Origin: Desulfosudaceae bacterium
GTDB lineage: Bacteria; Desulfobacterota; Desulfobacteria; Desulfobacterales; Desulfosudaceae
Assembly: GCA_963674745.2 (NCBI GenBank)
Contig: CAXXDV010000001.1
Location: 864,001 to 928,000, forward strand
Length of the DNA: 64,000 nt
Direction of reading: 5' to 3'
Positions 42,083 through 50,797 of the stretch are shown one piece after another; the first letter of the stretch is position 1; every line of letters starts with the position of its first letter. Under the pieces are notes generated by a model that ran no database searches, was not told the origin of the DNA, and saw only the letters and a list, made by a program, of their open reading frames with translations. Both the position numbers and the translations under genes were made by a program.

Positions 42083-42365
42083 GCCCGCATTATTGAGAAA
42101 GACTTTAACGACAGCATGGGCAAATAAATTAAAATGATATTTTTCTTTTTACGCCTTGTCCATCATGAACTTATGAAAACGGGTAGGTCTCTTTTCATCC
42201 GGACAAATAAAGGCTCAAAATCAAACAGTCCCGCCAGATCAAAATACAGCTTATCTTTACTGATTGAAAATATCAATCTGGTGACAATTTCCATAGTGGC
42301 AACGAAGATCATTTTTCGTCAAAATTCTTTTTTTATTTTTTCCCGTACAGATTAAGTGCACTTAA
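42083..42365 (-). ncRNA. ORF-less cassette copy B, first position of the array
   Basis: Paralog of 39345-39630; begins with perfect palindrome TTAAGTGCACTTAA. Confidence 0.45.
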
Positions 42366-42385
42366 CTATGTTATTAGATAGGCTG
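42360..42385 (-). other. Probable attI site
   Basis: Minus strand CCTATCTAATAACATA-GTTAAGT: GTTRRRY core with no attC upstream, between the array and a divergent integrase-like stub. Confidence 0.7.
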
Positions 42386-42618
42386 CTTGATTTCATCCCG
42401 TTTCTGTATACTTAACCATAAATTTGATTAACTACAAATAATTTTTCATTGGACGATGAAATGGTTTTTATGCCATAAATTTAGATAATTAGGTTGTTCT
42501 GACTTTATCTATATAAATTTATTGACGCACGTTTAATAAAGAATTAGGGTCTTAAACGGGCATGCTTGATAATTTTTCATTTTACTTAGCACGCAATCTT
42601 CAGGTTCAGGGAGGAACT

Positions 42619-42873
42619 ATGGAAAAATTCGCTGATTATCTCATTTCAAAGTCAATCATACCGGAAAACCAGATTCCGTACTATATCGGGTGGGTGAAAG
42701 CCTTTTTCCGGTTCCTGGACAAAGACACGTCCGAAAATGTAACGGCAGATGAAATTGACCGGTATATTAAAGGACTGGTCAAACTGGTTGAAGCGTGGCA
42801 GTTAAAACAGGCCAGGCAGGCGATCCAGGCGTTCTGTTTTTTCCAGGGCCAGCCACCTCCGAATATGCCTTAG
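42619..42873 (+). pseudogene. Truncated integron-integrase-like gene (N-terminal SAM-like domain only)
   Basis: GGAGG RBS; F..YL...QIPYYIGWVKAFF...WQLKQARQAI resembles the N-terminal extension of long integron integrases (recalled); divergent from array; no catalytic domain. Confidence 0.65.
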
Positions 42874-42913
42874 CGCGATACAGGACCCGGGTCGAAGGCC
42901 TGGCGCTTCATAT

Positions 42914-42951
42914 AAAAAGCGTCATCCCCGAAGCCGGGGATGACGCTTTTT
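42914..42951. terminator. Bidirectional intrinsic terminator
   Basis: AAAAAGCGTCATCCCCG-AAGC-CGGGGATGACGCTTTTT. Confidence 0.88.
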
Positions 42952-42983
42952 GAATACAAAAAAGGACGCGTTCAACGACGGGC

Positions 42984-44891
42984 TCAGATGGCTCGCGCCG
43001 CCTCGTATCCTTCGTGAACCGCGAATACGATCTTTCTGGGCTGCTTGGCATCGCCGATCACGACCACCTGGTAATCCTTCAGCTCTTCGGCCAGATCACT
43101 ATTGGGTCTTGAGCCGATGGCCACAACAACCGTATCGGCTGCAATGATCTGCTGTTCACCGTTGACCTCGCCGACAATACCATCAGCCGTGATTTCCTTG
43201 ACGGCAAAGGCGTTGATCTGTTCGATACCGCATTCGTTCAGGCACTGCATGATAACCCACTTGGTACCCGGCCCGATGTTGTGCCCCATCTTGTCCAGCA
43301 TTTCCAGCTGGACCACTTTCTTGCCTTCTTTGGCCAGGTGCAGACAGACATCACAACCGGTGCCGCCGCCGCCGATAACCGCCACCGTCTCTCCGGGCAC
43401 GGGTTTGCCCACCAGCACATCCCAGGCGTGCATGACATTGTCCCGATCCACGCCTTTGATGGGCGGAGAAGCCGGAACAGCGCCTGCCGCGTATATTATC
43501 ACATCCGGTTTTTCAGCCGCCACGGTCTCTTTATCAGCGGTCTGACCGAGCTTGACCGTTACGCCCAGATCCTTGAGCATGGCCGTAAAATATTCCCCGA
43601 CCAGGGCAAACTCGCCGAAATCCGGGGTCTGGGAGGCCAGTTTCAACTGCCCGCCCAGGCGGTCACTGTTATCGATCAGCACCACTTCGTGCCCGCGGAC
43701 AGCGGCCACCCGTGCGGCTTCACAACCACCTGGGCCACCGCCGATAACCAGCACCTTCTTTTTCTCGGCTGCCGGCTGGAGCTCGCCGTAAAGTGACTCC
43801 CGGCAGGCCTCGGCATTAATGGCGCAGGTCACCGGTTTGCCTTCAAACAGGCTGTCCATGCAATTCATGCAGGCGATACACCGGCGGATCAGCTCGGGAC
43901 GGCCGGCCTTGACCTTGTTGGGCAGATCGGGATCGCACACCAGCGGCCGGGCCATACAGACCATGTCGGCTTTGCCCGAGGCCAGGATCTCCTCGGCCAG
44001 TTCGGCGCTGTTGATACGGTTGGAGGCCGCCACCGGGGCGTGATCAAGCGCGCTTTTGATGCCTTCGGCCATCCAGACATAACCGCCGCGGGGGACATTC
44101 ATGGTGATCATGGGTTCCAGGGATTCATGCCAGCCGGCCGTAATGTTAAAGGCATCCGCCCCGGCATCTTCCCATATTTTCGCGAACTGCTTCATATCAT
44201 CCAGCTTGTTGCCGCCCGGCACCAATTCATCTCCCACCATACGGACAAAAAGCGGGTAATCATCCCCCACATTTTCCCGGATGGACGCAATGATCTCCGT
44301 ACCGAACCGGGCCCGGTTCTCCAGGCTGCCGCCGTACGCGTCGGTCCGCAGGTTGGTGGCCGGGCTCATGAACTGGCTGATCAGGTAGCCGGCGCTGGCA
44401 ATGATCTCCACGCAGTCATATCCGGCGGTTTTGGCCCGGGCCGCAGCCGCGCCAAAGGCGTCTACGATCTCTTTGATCTCTTCAACCGTCAGGGCACGGG
44501 GTTTTTGTTTGGAAAAAATCGGCGGGGCCACGTCCGAGGCACTGACCGCCTGATTGCCGGTCAGAAACGTCATTTCATAGCGGCCCGGATGCCACAACTG
44601 GATGCTGGCTTGAGAATCATATTGATGGATTGCTTTGACCATCCGCTCATGTCCGGGCAGAAATTTATCATCGGAAATATCCAGCCCCATCACCATGCCC
44701 GGTACCACCGGGCTGATACCGACCGTTACCAGTCCGGCACCGCCCTTGGCCCGGCGTTCATAATAGGCCACGGCCGCGTCATTGATTTCGCCCATGGCGA
44801 CGTTAACCGTCAAAGCCGGCATGATGATTCGATTGGGCATCGTCATTGATTTAATGGTCATCGGTTCCATCAAGTGTTTGAATTCGGACAT
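42984..44891 (-). CDS. NADH:flavin oxidoreductase, 2,4-dienoyl-CoA reductase (FadH)-like
   Basis: OYE barrel (GYLISQF, RTDAYGGSLENRAR), CIACMNC Fe-S motif, GGGPGG FAD site. Confidence 0.9.
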   Translation of the reverse strand: MSEFKHLMEPMTIKSMTMPNRIIMPALTVNVAMGEINDAAVAYYERRAKGGAGLVTVGISPVVPGMVMGLDISDDKFLPGHERMVKAIHQYDSQASIQLWHPGRYEMTFLTGNQAVSASDVAPPIFSKQKPRALTVEEIKEIVDAFGAAAARAKTAGYDCVEIIASAGYLISQFMSPATNLRTDAYGGSLENRARFGTEIIASIRENVGDDYPLFVRMVGDELVPGGNKLDDMKQFAKIWEDAGADAFNITAGWHESLEPMITMNVPRGGYVWMAEGIKSALDHAPVAASNRINSAELAEEILASGKADMVCMARPLVCDPDLPNKVKAGRPELIRRCIACMNCMDSLFEGKPVTCAINAEACRESLYGELQPAAEKKKVLVIGGGPGGCEAARVAAVRGHEVVLIDNSDRLGGQLKLASQTPDFGEFALVGEYFTAMLKDLGVTVKLGQTADKETVAAEKPDVIIYAAGAVPASPPIKGVDRDNVMHAWDVLVGKPVPGETVAVIGGGGTGCDVCLHLAKEGKKVVQLEMLDKMGHNIGPGTKWVIMQCLNECGIEQINAFAVKEITADGIVGEVNGEQQIIAADTVVVAIGSRPNSDLAEELKDYQVVVIGDAKQPRKIVFAVHEGYEAARAI

Positions 44892-44973
44892 GGCGCACCT
44901 CTTTTTAAGTTGTTTTATAAGGTTTTAACTTTAAGCATATTAATATTTTTGCCGTTCACGTCATCTAAGTATA

Positions 44974-45011
44974 AGGGTTCAAGGATTCAAGGGGTCGAGG
45001 GTCAAGGGGGC
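44974..45011. repeat. Degenerate octamer repeat (AAGGGTTC/AGGGGTCG)
   Basis: aagggttc aaggattc aaggggtc gagggtc aagggg. Confidence 0.65.
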
Positions 45012-45013
45012 AA

Positions 45014-45499
45014 TCATTTTACACAGGCCACCAGCGGCTCGTCCGCCGATATCAGAGAAACCAGCGCCCGTTTGAAGACGTCCCGCTGATCCTCGGGGAA
45101 TGTGTTCATGATCTCTTCGTTGGCCCGCAACCTTAAGGCACGAAGCTCTTCCTTCATGCCCGCGCTCTTATCCGTCAGACAAACCAGAATGGCCCGCCGG
45201 TCGTTGGGATTGCGTTCTCTGTACACGAATCCGGCCCGTTCCAGGCGATCGATCAGGCCGGTCAAGGTGGCCGAGTCAAATCGCAACAATTCACCGATAA
45301 GCGTCGGCGAGAGGCGATCGGAAACCCACAGGCACTCTATTATGAGATATTGGGCCGGGGTCAGACCGTAAGGCTCAAGAAAATTTCGCAGCAGTTTCTG
45401 CGCGGCCTGGGCAGCCCGCGAAAGGAGAAAGCAGACACAGGAACGGGGATCGTCCAGATTCTTTAGCATATCATTATCTGTTATACATATATCTTGCAT
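45014..45499 (-). CDS. MarR-family regulator
   Basis: LTPAQY, TLTGLIDRLE, DRRAILVCLT; start 45499 or slightly downstream; palindrome TATCTTGCATGCGAGATA at 45490-45507. Confidence 0.9.
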   Translation of the reverse strand: MQDICITDNDMLKNLDDPRSCVCFLLSRAAQAAQKLLRNFLEPYGLTPAQYLIIECLWVSDRLSPTLIGELLRFDSATLTGLIDRLERAGFVYRERNPNDRRAILVCLTDKSAGMKEELRALRLRANEEIMNTFPEDQRDVFKRALVSLISADEPLVACVK

Positions 45500-45576
45500 G
45501 CGAGATACTTTCTCCGATTTTTTATTCCCTGTCAAGAAAAAAATTACCTGAAACGAATTTGAGAGGCATAAAGCAC

Positions 45577-45758
45577 AAGGGTTCAAGGGGTCAAGGATTC
45601 GAGGGGTCGAGGGCGCAAATGAAGACAACTTACTTAAATTATTTGAAAATGGGATGGATGAGTGTGGCCGGATGAAAAGCCATGATCATTTGCTAAATGT
45701 CGACAAAGGGCTTAAGGAGCACCCCTTGAACCCTCGACACCTTGGCCCCTCGGACCCT
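45577..45758. repeat. Inverted pair of octamer-repeat tracts enclosing a ~105-bp gene relic
   Basis: G-rich tract 45577-45613 and C-rich tract 45721-45758 are reverse complements of the same repeat unit. Confidence 0.6.
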
Positions 45759-45833
45759 TTTTTCAACAGAATTGAAGAAGAACAGACCTGGCTATCCATG
45801 TAGTTGTGGAGATGACTGGGCAGAGGCCAAAAG

Positions 45834-46181
45834 TCAGGCCGGTATAAAGTTAACCTGGCTGACCATGGCTTCCTGCTGCTTGATCAGCTTTTCGATCTGG
45901 GTCTTTTCCCGGTCACTGGTCACCGGTTCAACCTGAGATATCGGCCGGTTATCAGCGTCTTTGGTGTATTGCCATTGCCGGACATAGCCCGCCACACTGG
46001 CGAAACAAAAAGCACCGAACCCGCAGCAGGTCCGATCGACAATACCATTGCCGACCGTATAAAGGACTTCTTCTCCCTGAAAGGGTAAGCGGGCCTCTTT
46101 GGTTATCAGGTAATGACCGCCGATGGCCGTAATTTCGCTGTTTAATTCCGGATGGGTAAAATCCCGAACAGGCGTATTCAT
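45834..46181 (-). CDS. Hypothetical protein with CCG motif
   Basis: 115-aa ORF co-oriented with neighbours; DRTCCG..C. Confidence 0.7.
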   Translation of the reverse strand: MNTPVRDFTHPELNSEITAIGGHYLITKEARLPFQGEEVLYTVGNGIVDRTCCGFGAFCFASVAGYVRQWQYTKDADNRPISQVEPVTSDREKTQIEKLIKQQEAMVSQVNFIPA

Positions 46182-46226
46182 CGTTAAGCAACGTCTTTAC
46201 ACCGGATATGTCATAACAGATCCGGG

Positions 46227-46865
46227 CTAAGGGGTTGTCCTCAGCTGTTCCTCAACCATGTCGGTGGTATTGCCGAATACCGCTCGATAAGCCACCGTCA
46301 GGATGCAGAACCCCAGGGGAAGTGTCAGCACAATGCCGATTCCCAAAAGGATGGCGCCCAGGCTGCCGATGACCGCGGTAACGATTGTCAGACCGAGAAA
46401 AGGCCAGAAATTGGCTTTCACAACATCCATGCTGGTCGTGGAAGCCTCCCAGAAGCCCATGTTCCGGTCGGCGATTAAAAACATGCCGAAGACCAGCAGC
46501 GCCTGCAGCGCATAAGTAAAAAAAAGAGCCGCCACGTGACCGATAAGGGGAAACCATCCCAATATCAGCACCCCGAGGATCATAATCACACCCCAGATCA
46601 GCATAAACAGCAGGGCATTAAAAAATACGGAAAACCCTGAAAAAACGGTTCCCGGTCCGGGCGGGGGTGTTTCACCGTCGAATAACCGCAGGGTCAACAA
46701 AATAAATCCCGCGGTCAAGGGCGGCATCAGGATCATCATGGTCAGACTGCTCAAGGCAACCAGGAGAATGGCCGCCACCACCAGGGTAAAAAAATTGGCT
46801 TTAAAAAGCTTAACGCCTTCATCAATCCAGGGCCCGAATTGCACCTCAACCTGATTTTCCATCAC
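46227..46865 (-). CDS. Integral membrane protein
   Basis: AGGAGG RBS; about 5-6 TM segments. Confidence 0.8.
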   Translation of the reverse strand: MMENQVEVQFGPWIDEGVKLFKANFFTLVVAAILLVALSSLTMMILMPPLTAGFILLTLRLFDGETPPPGPGTVFSGFSVFFNALLFMLIWGVIMILGVLILGWFPLIGHVAALFFTYALQALLVFGMFLIADRNMGFWEASTTSMDVVKANFWPFLGLTIVTAVIGSLGAILLGIGIVLTLPLGFCILTVAYRAVFGNTTDMVEEQLRTTP

Positions 46866-46983
46866 ACCCTCCTTAATTTTTCTTTATTATTTATAAATCG
46901 CAAAGAACCCGCCGAAAGTCAAGAAAATGGCAAAAAAGACAAACCCGTAAAAATTTCTTGCTAAATCAAAAGAATCAGATAAT

Positions 46984-47616
46984 ATGACTGACATGTCAGT
47001 CAGAGAAAAGAAAAAAGCGGAAACCCGCCAGCTCCTGATGGGTGCCGGCGTTCAGGCCTTTCACGAAAAAGGCATCCACGAAACCCGGGTATCGGATATC
47101 GTGGCTCGGGCCGGCGTGGCCCAGGGAACATTCTACAATCATTTTCAATCCAAAGAAGCCCTGTTCAGGGCCATGGCCGATGAATACATGGCCCATTACG
47201 TGGCGCTGTTTCATCATCATACCGCCGGCCTGTTTGAAACGGAAAACCCGGCCGACATGGTCCACGCTTTCGTCGGATTTTTACGCCAGCTGTTTATCAA
47301 CTGCCGGGAGAACATTGCCACCGCCCGGCTGGTTTTCGGCGAGGGCGCCGGCTCGGTGGGTCCTTACCAGGAAATTTGCGATTCCGTGGTCAGCCGCTTT
47401 ATCTTCCTGATCAAAAGCGTTCTGGACCAGGGAAACGAAAAAGAATTTCTCCGGATAAACGATACTGAACTGGCGGCAGCCATGGTGTTCGGCCTGTTTC
47501 AACGCTGCATGTTTTATTTTCTGTTAACCAAAAAAGAATTTGACGTCGACCGGATTGAACGGGGGATGACCGCCTTTCTCTTTGAAGGACTGAACGTTCA
47601 ACTGGAAGACGATTAA
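46984..47616 (+). CDS. TetR-family regulator
   Basis: IVARAGVAQGTFYNHFQSKEAL; start 46984 or 46993. Confidence 0.93.
   Translation: MTDMSVREKKKAETRQLLMGAGVQAFHEKGIHETRVSDIVARAGVAQGTFYNHFQSKEALFRAMADEYMAHYVALFHHHTAGLFETENPADMVHAFVGFLRQLFINCRENIATARLVFGEGAGSVGPYQEICDSVVSRFIFLIKSVLDQGNEKEFLRINDTELAAAMVFGLFQRCMFYFLLTKKEFDVDRIERGMTAFLFEGLNVQLEDD
46985..47002. promoter_or_regulatory. Perfect 18-bp palindrome, probable TetR operator
   Basis: TGACTGACATGTCAGTCA overlapping both candidate ATGs. Confidence 0.75.
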
Positions 47617-47674
47617 TGCAGAAACATTTTAGGGCCTCGCCGGAGGGTGAAATACCCGGACTAAAGGGGGAAAA

Positions 47675-48832
47675 ATGACATACACATCAAACGCCGACTG
47701 GAGCACCTGTACCGAGTGCGGACAATGCCTGATGAAGTGTCCGGTACTGGAAATGGAAAAAGATGACGCGGTCGCGGCCATTCGCAAGCTGATTCGGGGA
47801 GAACCGGCCCCGGAGGTACTCGACAGATGCACCTTCTGCTTTGACTGCAACCGGTACTGTCCGGTGGAGGGCCTTCGCCCCCATGAACTTTTTCTCCAGC
47901 GCGCCCTGGAAAAACGCAAAAAAGTGCCCGGCGTTTTAAACTATCTTTCCAATGGCCGGGGCACCAAAAACATGTTCGGCGATCTTTACAATCAGCTGAA
48001 ACCGGATGAAAAACAAATTCTTGAAAAATGGTCTGTCATACCCGATGGCGGTGACGTTTTATGGGTGGGCTGTATCGGGCGGCTCAGCTGCCGGGATCTG
48101 GATCGGTCCGGCGTACTGGCACCACTTACCAAGTTTGGACCTCCGGAGCTGTGTTGCGGTGAACTGCCCTACCGGTTATGCTCCTGGGATATGTACGAGG
48201 AAACCGTCAACCGGACACTGGCGGTGCTGGAACCCATGAAAATCGATCGTCTGGTCTGTTACTGCGGCTCGTGCTACAACTATTTTACCAGCATTCTACC
48301 CAAAGTTTACGGCAAAGCCCTGCCCTATCCGGTGATTTCCCTGTATGAATGGTTGTGGGAACAATACGAAAAAGGCGCCATCCAGGTTAAACAACCGCGC
48401 AACTTCAAAGCCGCCATTCACGAATCATGCTATGTCAGTGAACTGGATCCGTCGTTTGCCGAATGCCTGCGTAAACTTTATAACGTTACGGGCATGGAGG
48501 CCGTTGAGCTTGAACATCACGGGGACCGGAACCTGTCCTGCGGTGCCGTTAGCATCGTTCGGAGCATGAACATGGTCAAAAGCCTGTTCAAGGAACAGCG
48601 CACAAAATTCCATGAAGTATCAGACGCGGGCGCAGACGAAATAGCGTTAAACTGCCCGGGCTGTTATATTACGCTGAGCTTTACCAACCGGCTGTATAAG
48701 AAAAAATTGCGTTACATGCCGGAAATTCTGTTGTCCGCCTTTGGAGACGAAATCACGGTGCCCCTGGGTAAACGCATCCCCGGCATTGCCAAAACCGTGA
48801 CCATGAATTTTCCCCGGGTAATGTTCTGGTAA
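47675..48832 (+). CDS. HdrD/GlpC-like Fe-S protein (two 4Fe-4S motifs + CCG domains)
   Basis: CTECGQCLMKCP, CTFCFDCNRYCP, LCCG, CGSC, HESC, CPGC. Confidence 0.88.
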   Translation: MTYTSNADWSTCTECGQCLMKCPVLEMEKDDAVAAIRKLIRGEPAPEVLDRCTFCFDCNRYCPVEGLRPHELFLQRALEKRKKVPGVLNYLSNGRGTKNMFGDLYNQLKPDEKQILEKWSVIPDGGDVLWVGCIGRLSCRDLDRSGVLAPLTKFGPPELCCGELPYRLCSWDMYEETVNRTLAVLEPMKIDRLVCYCGSCYNYFTSILPKVYGKALPYPVISLYEWLWEQYEKGAIQVKQPRNFKAAIHESCYVSELDPSFAECLRKLYNVTGMEAVELEHHGDRNLSCGAVSIVRSMNMVKSLFKEQRTKFHEVSDAGADEIALNCPGCYITLSFTNRLYKKKLRYMPEILLSAFGDEITVPLGKRIPGIAKTVTMNFPRVMFW

Positions 48833-48847
48833 TTTTAAGGAGAGGCC

Positions 48848-49582
48848 ATGCTGGTATCGGTCTGGAAATCAAAAAACGAAATTCAACAGGCCCTGGCCGA
48901 CGCCCGACGCGTGGCGGTATTTTCCTGTAACGTCTGTGCCAACCTCAACGGTACCGGCGGCAGGCGGGGATTGCGCCGGATGAAGCGCTTGCTGAAAGAG
49001 TGGGGCAAGGAAATTGTACTGGCCAAAACCGTCAATGTCTGCTGTTCGGAAGTGATCATGCGGCAGTGCCTGCGGATCTATATTGAACCGATCAAAAACA
49101 AGTGCGACGCCCTGATCATGCTGTCCTGCGCCGGTGGGGTCAAGTGTGCTTTTTTATGTGACCCCGGCCTTCCGGTGGTGGCGGCCCTGGATTCTTTCGG
49201 CAGCGGCGTTGTCACCACCTCCATGGAGACCTTTGAGGCGGGTCTCTGCCAGAGCTGCGATCATTGCGTGCTGACCTATACCGGCGGCATCTGCCCGCTG
49301 GCCGCCTGCCCGGCGAAGAAGAAATACGGGCCGTGCAAAAAAGCGCCCGCAGAAGGCATGGTTTGTGCCGTGGATCCGGACCGGGAATGCGTCTGGAAGA
49401 AAATTGAACAAAAGGCGGACATGGCGGCCCTTGCCAAAATGGCCGAACTTCATGGCAGCAAAGATTATGAACGGCTGCCGGCGGTACCGGTCAAAGGGTC
49501 ACCGAAAGTCGTCCTTAAAACCTCGGGCTGGTTCATGGCCCGGATTCCGGGCATATCCGGCCTGATCGACATGATAAGATAG
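48848..49582 (+). CDS. MetV-like (MTHFR C-terminal domain) Cys-rich protein
   Basis: CNVCA..GG, SCAGGV, CQSCDHCVL.YTGGICP..CP...GPC...ECVW. Confidence 0.8.
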   Translation: MLVSVWKSKNEIQQALADARRVAVFSCNVCANLNGTGGRRGLRRMKRLLKEWGKEIVLAKTVNVCCSEVIMRQCLRIYIEPIKNKCDALIMLSCAGGVKCAFLCDPGLPVVAALDSFGSGVVTTSMETFEAGLCQSCDHCVLTYTGGICPLAACPAKKKYGPCKKAPAEGMVCAVDPDRECVWKKIEQKADMAALAKMAELHGSKDYERLPAVPVKGSPKVVLKTSGWFMARIPGISGLIDMIR

Positions 49583-49584
49583 GG

Positions 49585-50604
49585 TTAAATCTTTAAAATG
49601 CTGTCTAACAGGGACTTAAGCTTCTCATCCATGTCAGCCCCTTTTTTCTTCTCGTAATTCGCAATCTGGGCTTTGATGACTTCGAGCTTTTTGTCAATTA
49701 ACAGGCCTCGCTCCACTTTTTTGATCATGGTCGTATTTTGTTTCAACAGCTGCTTCACTCGGGCGATAAGCTGATCGACCAGGCTCTTTACAATCGCCAG
49801 GTTCTGACTCAACTGCTCCTGGAGCTTTTCTTCGGTAATGATGAAAACCGTGGTCGGCTCCATGGCTTTGGCTGTGGCCGTCCTGGGTTCGCCTGTTATG
49901 ATGGCCATTTCGCCGAAAATCTGGTCTTTTTCCAGTTCACCGATCTTCATGCTTTTGTCTCTGAACCGGCGCGTAATTTTAACCTTCCCGCTGAGAATGA
50001 GATAGGCTTCTTCCCCGGTGGCGCCCTGTTTAAAAATAACGTCTCCGGCTTTGAACATTTTTGTGGAAAACCCCTTTTGCCTGGGTTTTTCAGCGGTCTT
50101 CCCCTCTTTTTTCTCCTGGATTTTACGATCCAGCGCCGGGGTGTCTAAACTTTCACCGGCTTCACTGTCATCAAATGTCCTGTAATCCAAAACGTCAAAA
50201 TCGGGAGCAGCAGGCTGTGCTGCAGGTGCCTGTTCCGGCTCAACGGCTGCTGTTTCAGGGGAACCCTCATGCTGCTCTTCATATCCAGGATCGTATCCCG
50301 GCTCGAGCGTGGAAGTATCAATTCCGATTGGAAAATCATCCACCGGATCATCAATAATCGTAATATCAGAGGCGTCGATTTCAACCTCAACAGGCTCTTC
50401 TTCAGCCTGGCCATCGTCTTCCGGGTTCAATTCTGGTGCCGCCATATCCTTCCCGGTTTCATCAGCTCCGTCATTCACCATCGTAAAATCAGAGCTGTCG
50501 ACTTCGACTTCCGGCTCGACGTCAGGTGCGCTTTCACCCTGGACATCCTTTTCCATCTTTAATTCGGGAATTTCATCTTCCCGGTCTTTTTCGTTGTCCC
50601 CCAT
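49585..50604 (-). CDS. Cyclic-nucleotide-binding domain protein with acidic disordered N-terminus
   Basis: IFKQG...IFGEMAII.GEPRTATA. Confidence 0.85.
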   Translation of the reverse strand: MGDNEKDREDEIPELKMEKDVQGESAPDVEPEVEVDSSDFTMVNDGADETGKDMAAPELNPEDDGQAEEEPVEVEIDASDITIIDDPVDDFPIGIDTSTLEPGYDPGYEEQHEGSPETAAVEPEQAPAAQPAAPDFDVLDYRTFDDSEAGESLDTPALDRKIQEKKEGKTAEKPRQKGFSTKMFKAGDVIFKQGATGEEAYLILSGKVKITRRFRDKSMKIGELEKDQIFGEMAIITGEPRTATAKAMEPTTVFIITEEKLQEQLSQNLAIVKSLVDQLIARVKQLLKQNTTMIKKVERGLLIDKKLEVIKAQIANYEKKKGADMDEKLKSLLDSILKI

Positions 50605-50758
50605 TTTGCCCCCCGTGTTAAAACCCCGATATTTAATGATCTTTTATCTAGATTGCATCACAGGTCCAAAAATTTGTCAACCTCTAACCCGGATATTTCA
50701 CGAATTGATTTGGCCCCGGCCCCTTTGCCCATTCTGCAAAACGCGGGCGCTTACTCAC

Positions 50759-50785
50759 GTAGGGGCAACCCCCTGTGGTTGCCCT
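50759..50785. repeat. Single GTAG-type REP
   Basis: GTAGGGGCAACCCCCTGTGGTTGCCCT, identical to 23658 and 23762. Confidence 0.85.
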
Positions 50786-50797
50786 TCCTCACCCGGC

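Larger units (their letters stand above)
37480..42873 (-). mobile_element. Integron cassette array: 8 cassettes, attI, truncated integrase
   Basis: Eight attC-like imperfect palindromes separating co-oriented AT-rich units; first 7 nt of a cassette are complementary to its own R'' box in 6 of 8 cases. Confidence 0.93.

Noticed and set aside
39477..42320. Duplicated cassette as a DGR template/variable repeat pair
   Set aside because: Differences are not confined to adenines on either strand, and no reverse transcriptase is in the window
39396..42355. Plus-strand ORFs MIFFFLR... (39396-39671, 42134-42355) as proteins
   Set aside because: No RBS, antisense to the array, and the two copies fall out of frame in the middle through indels
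42386..42618. Pc cassette promoter, Pint and LexA box
   Set aside because: AT-rich with several partial matches but no convincing -35/-10 pair or recognisable box
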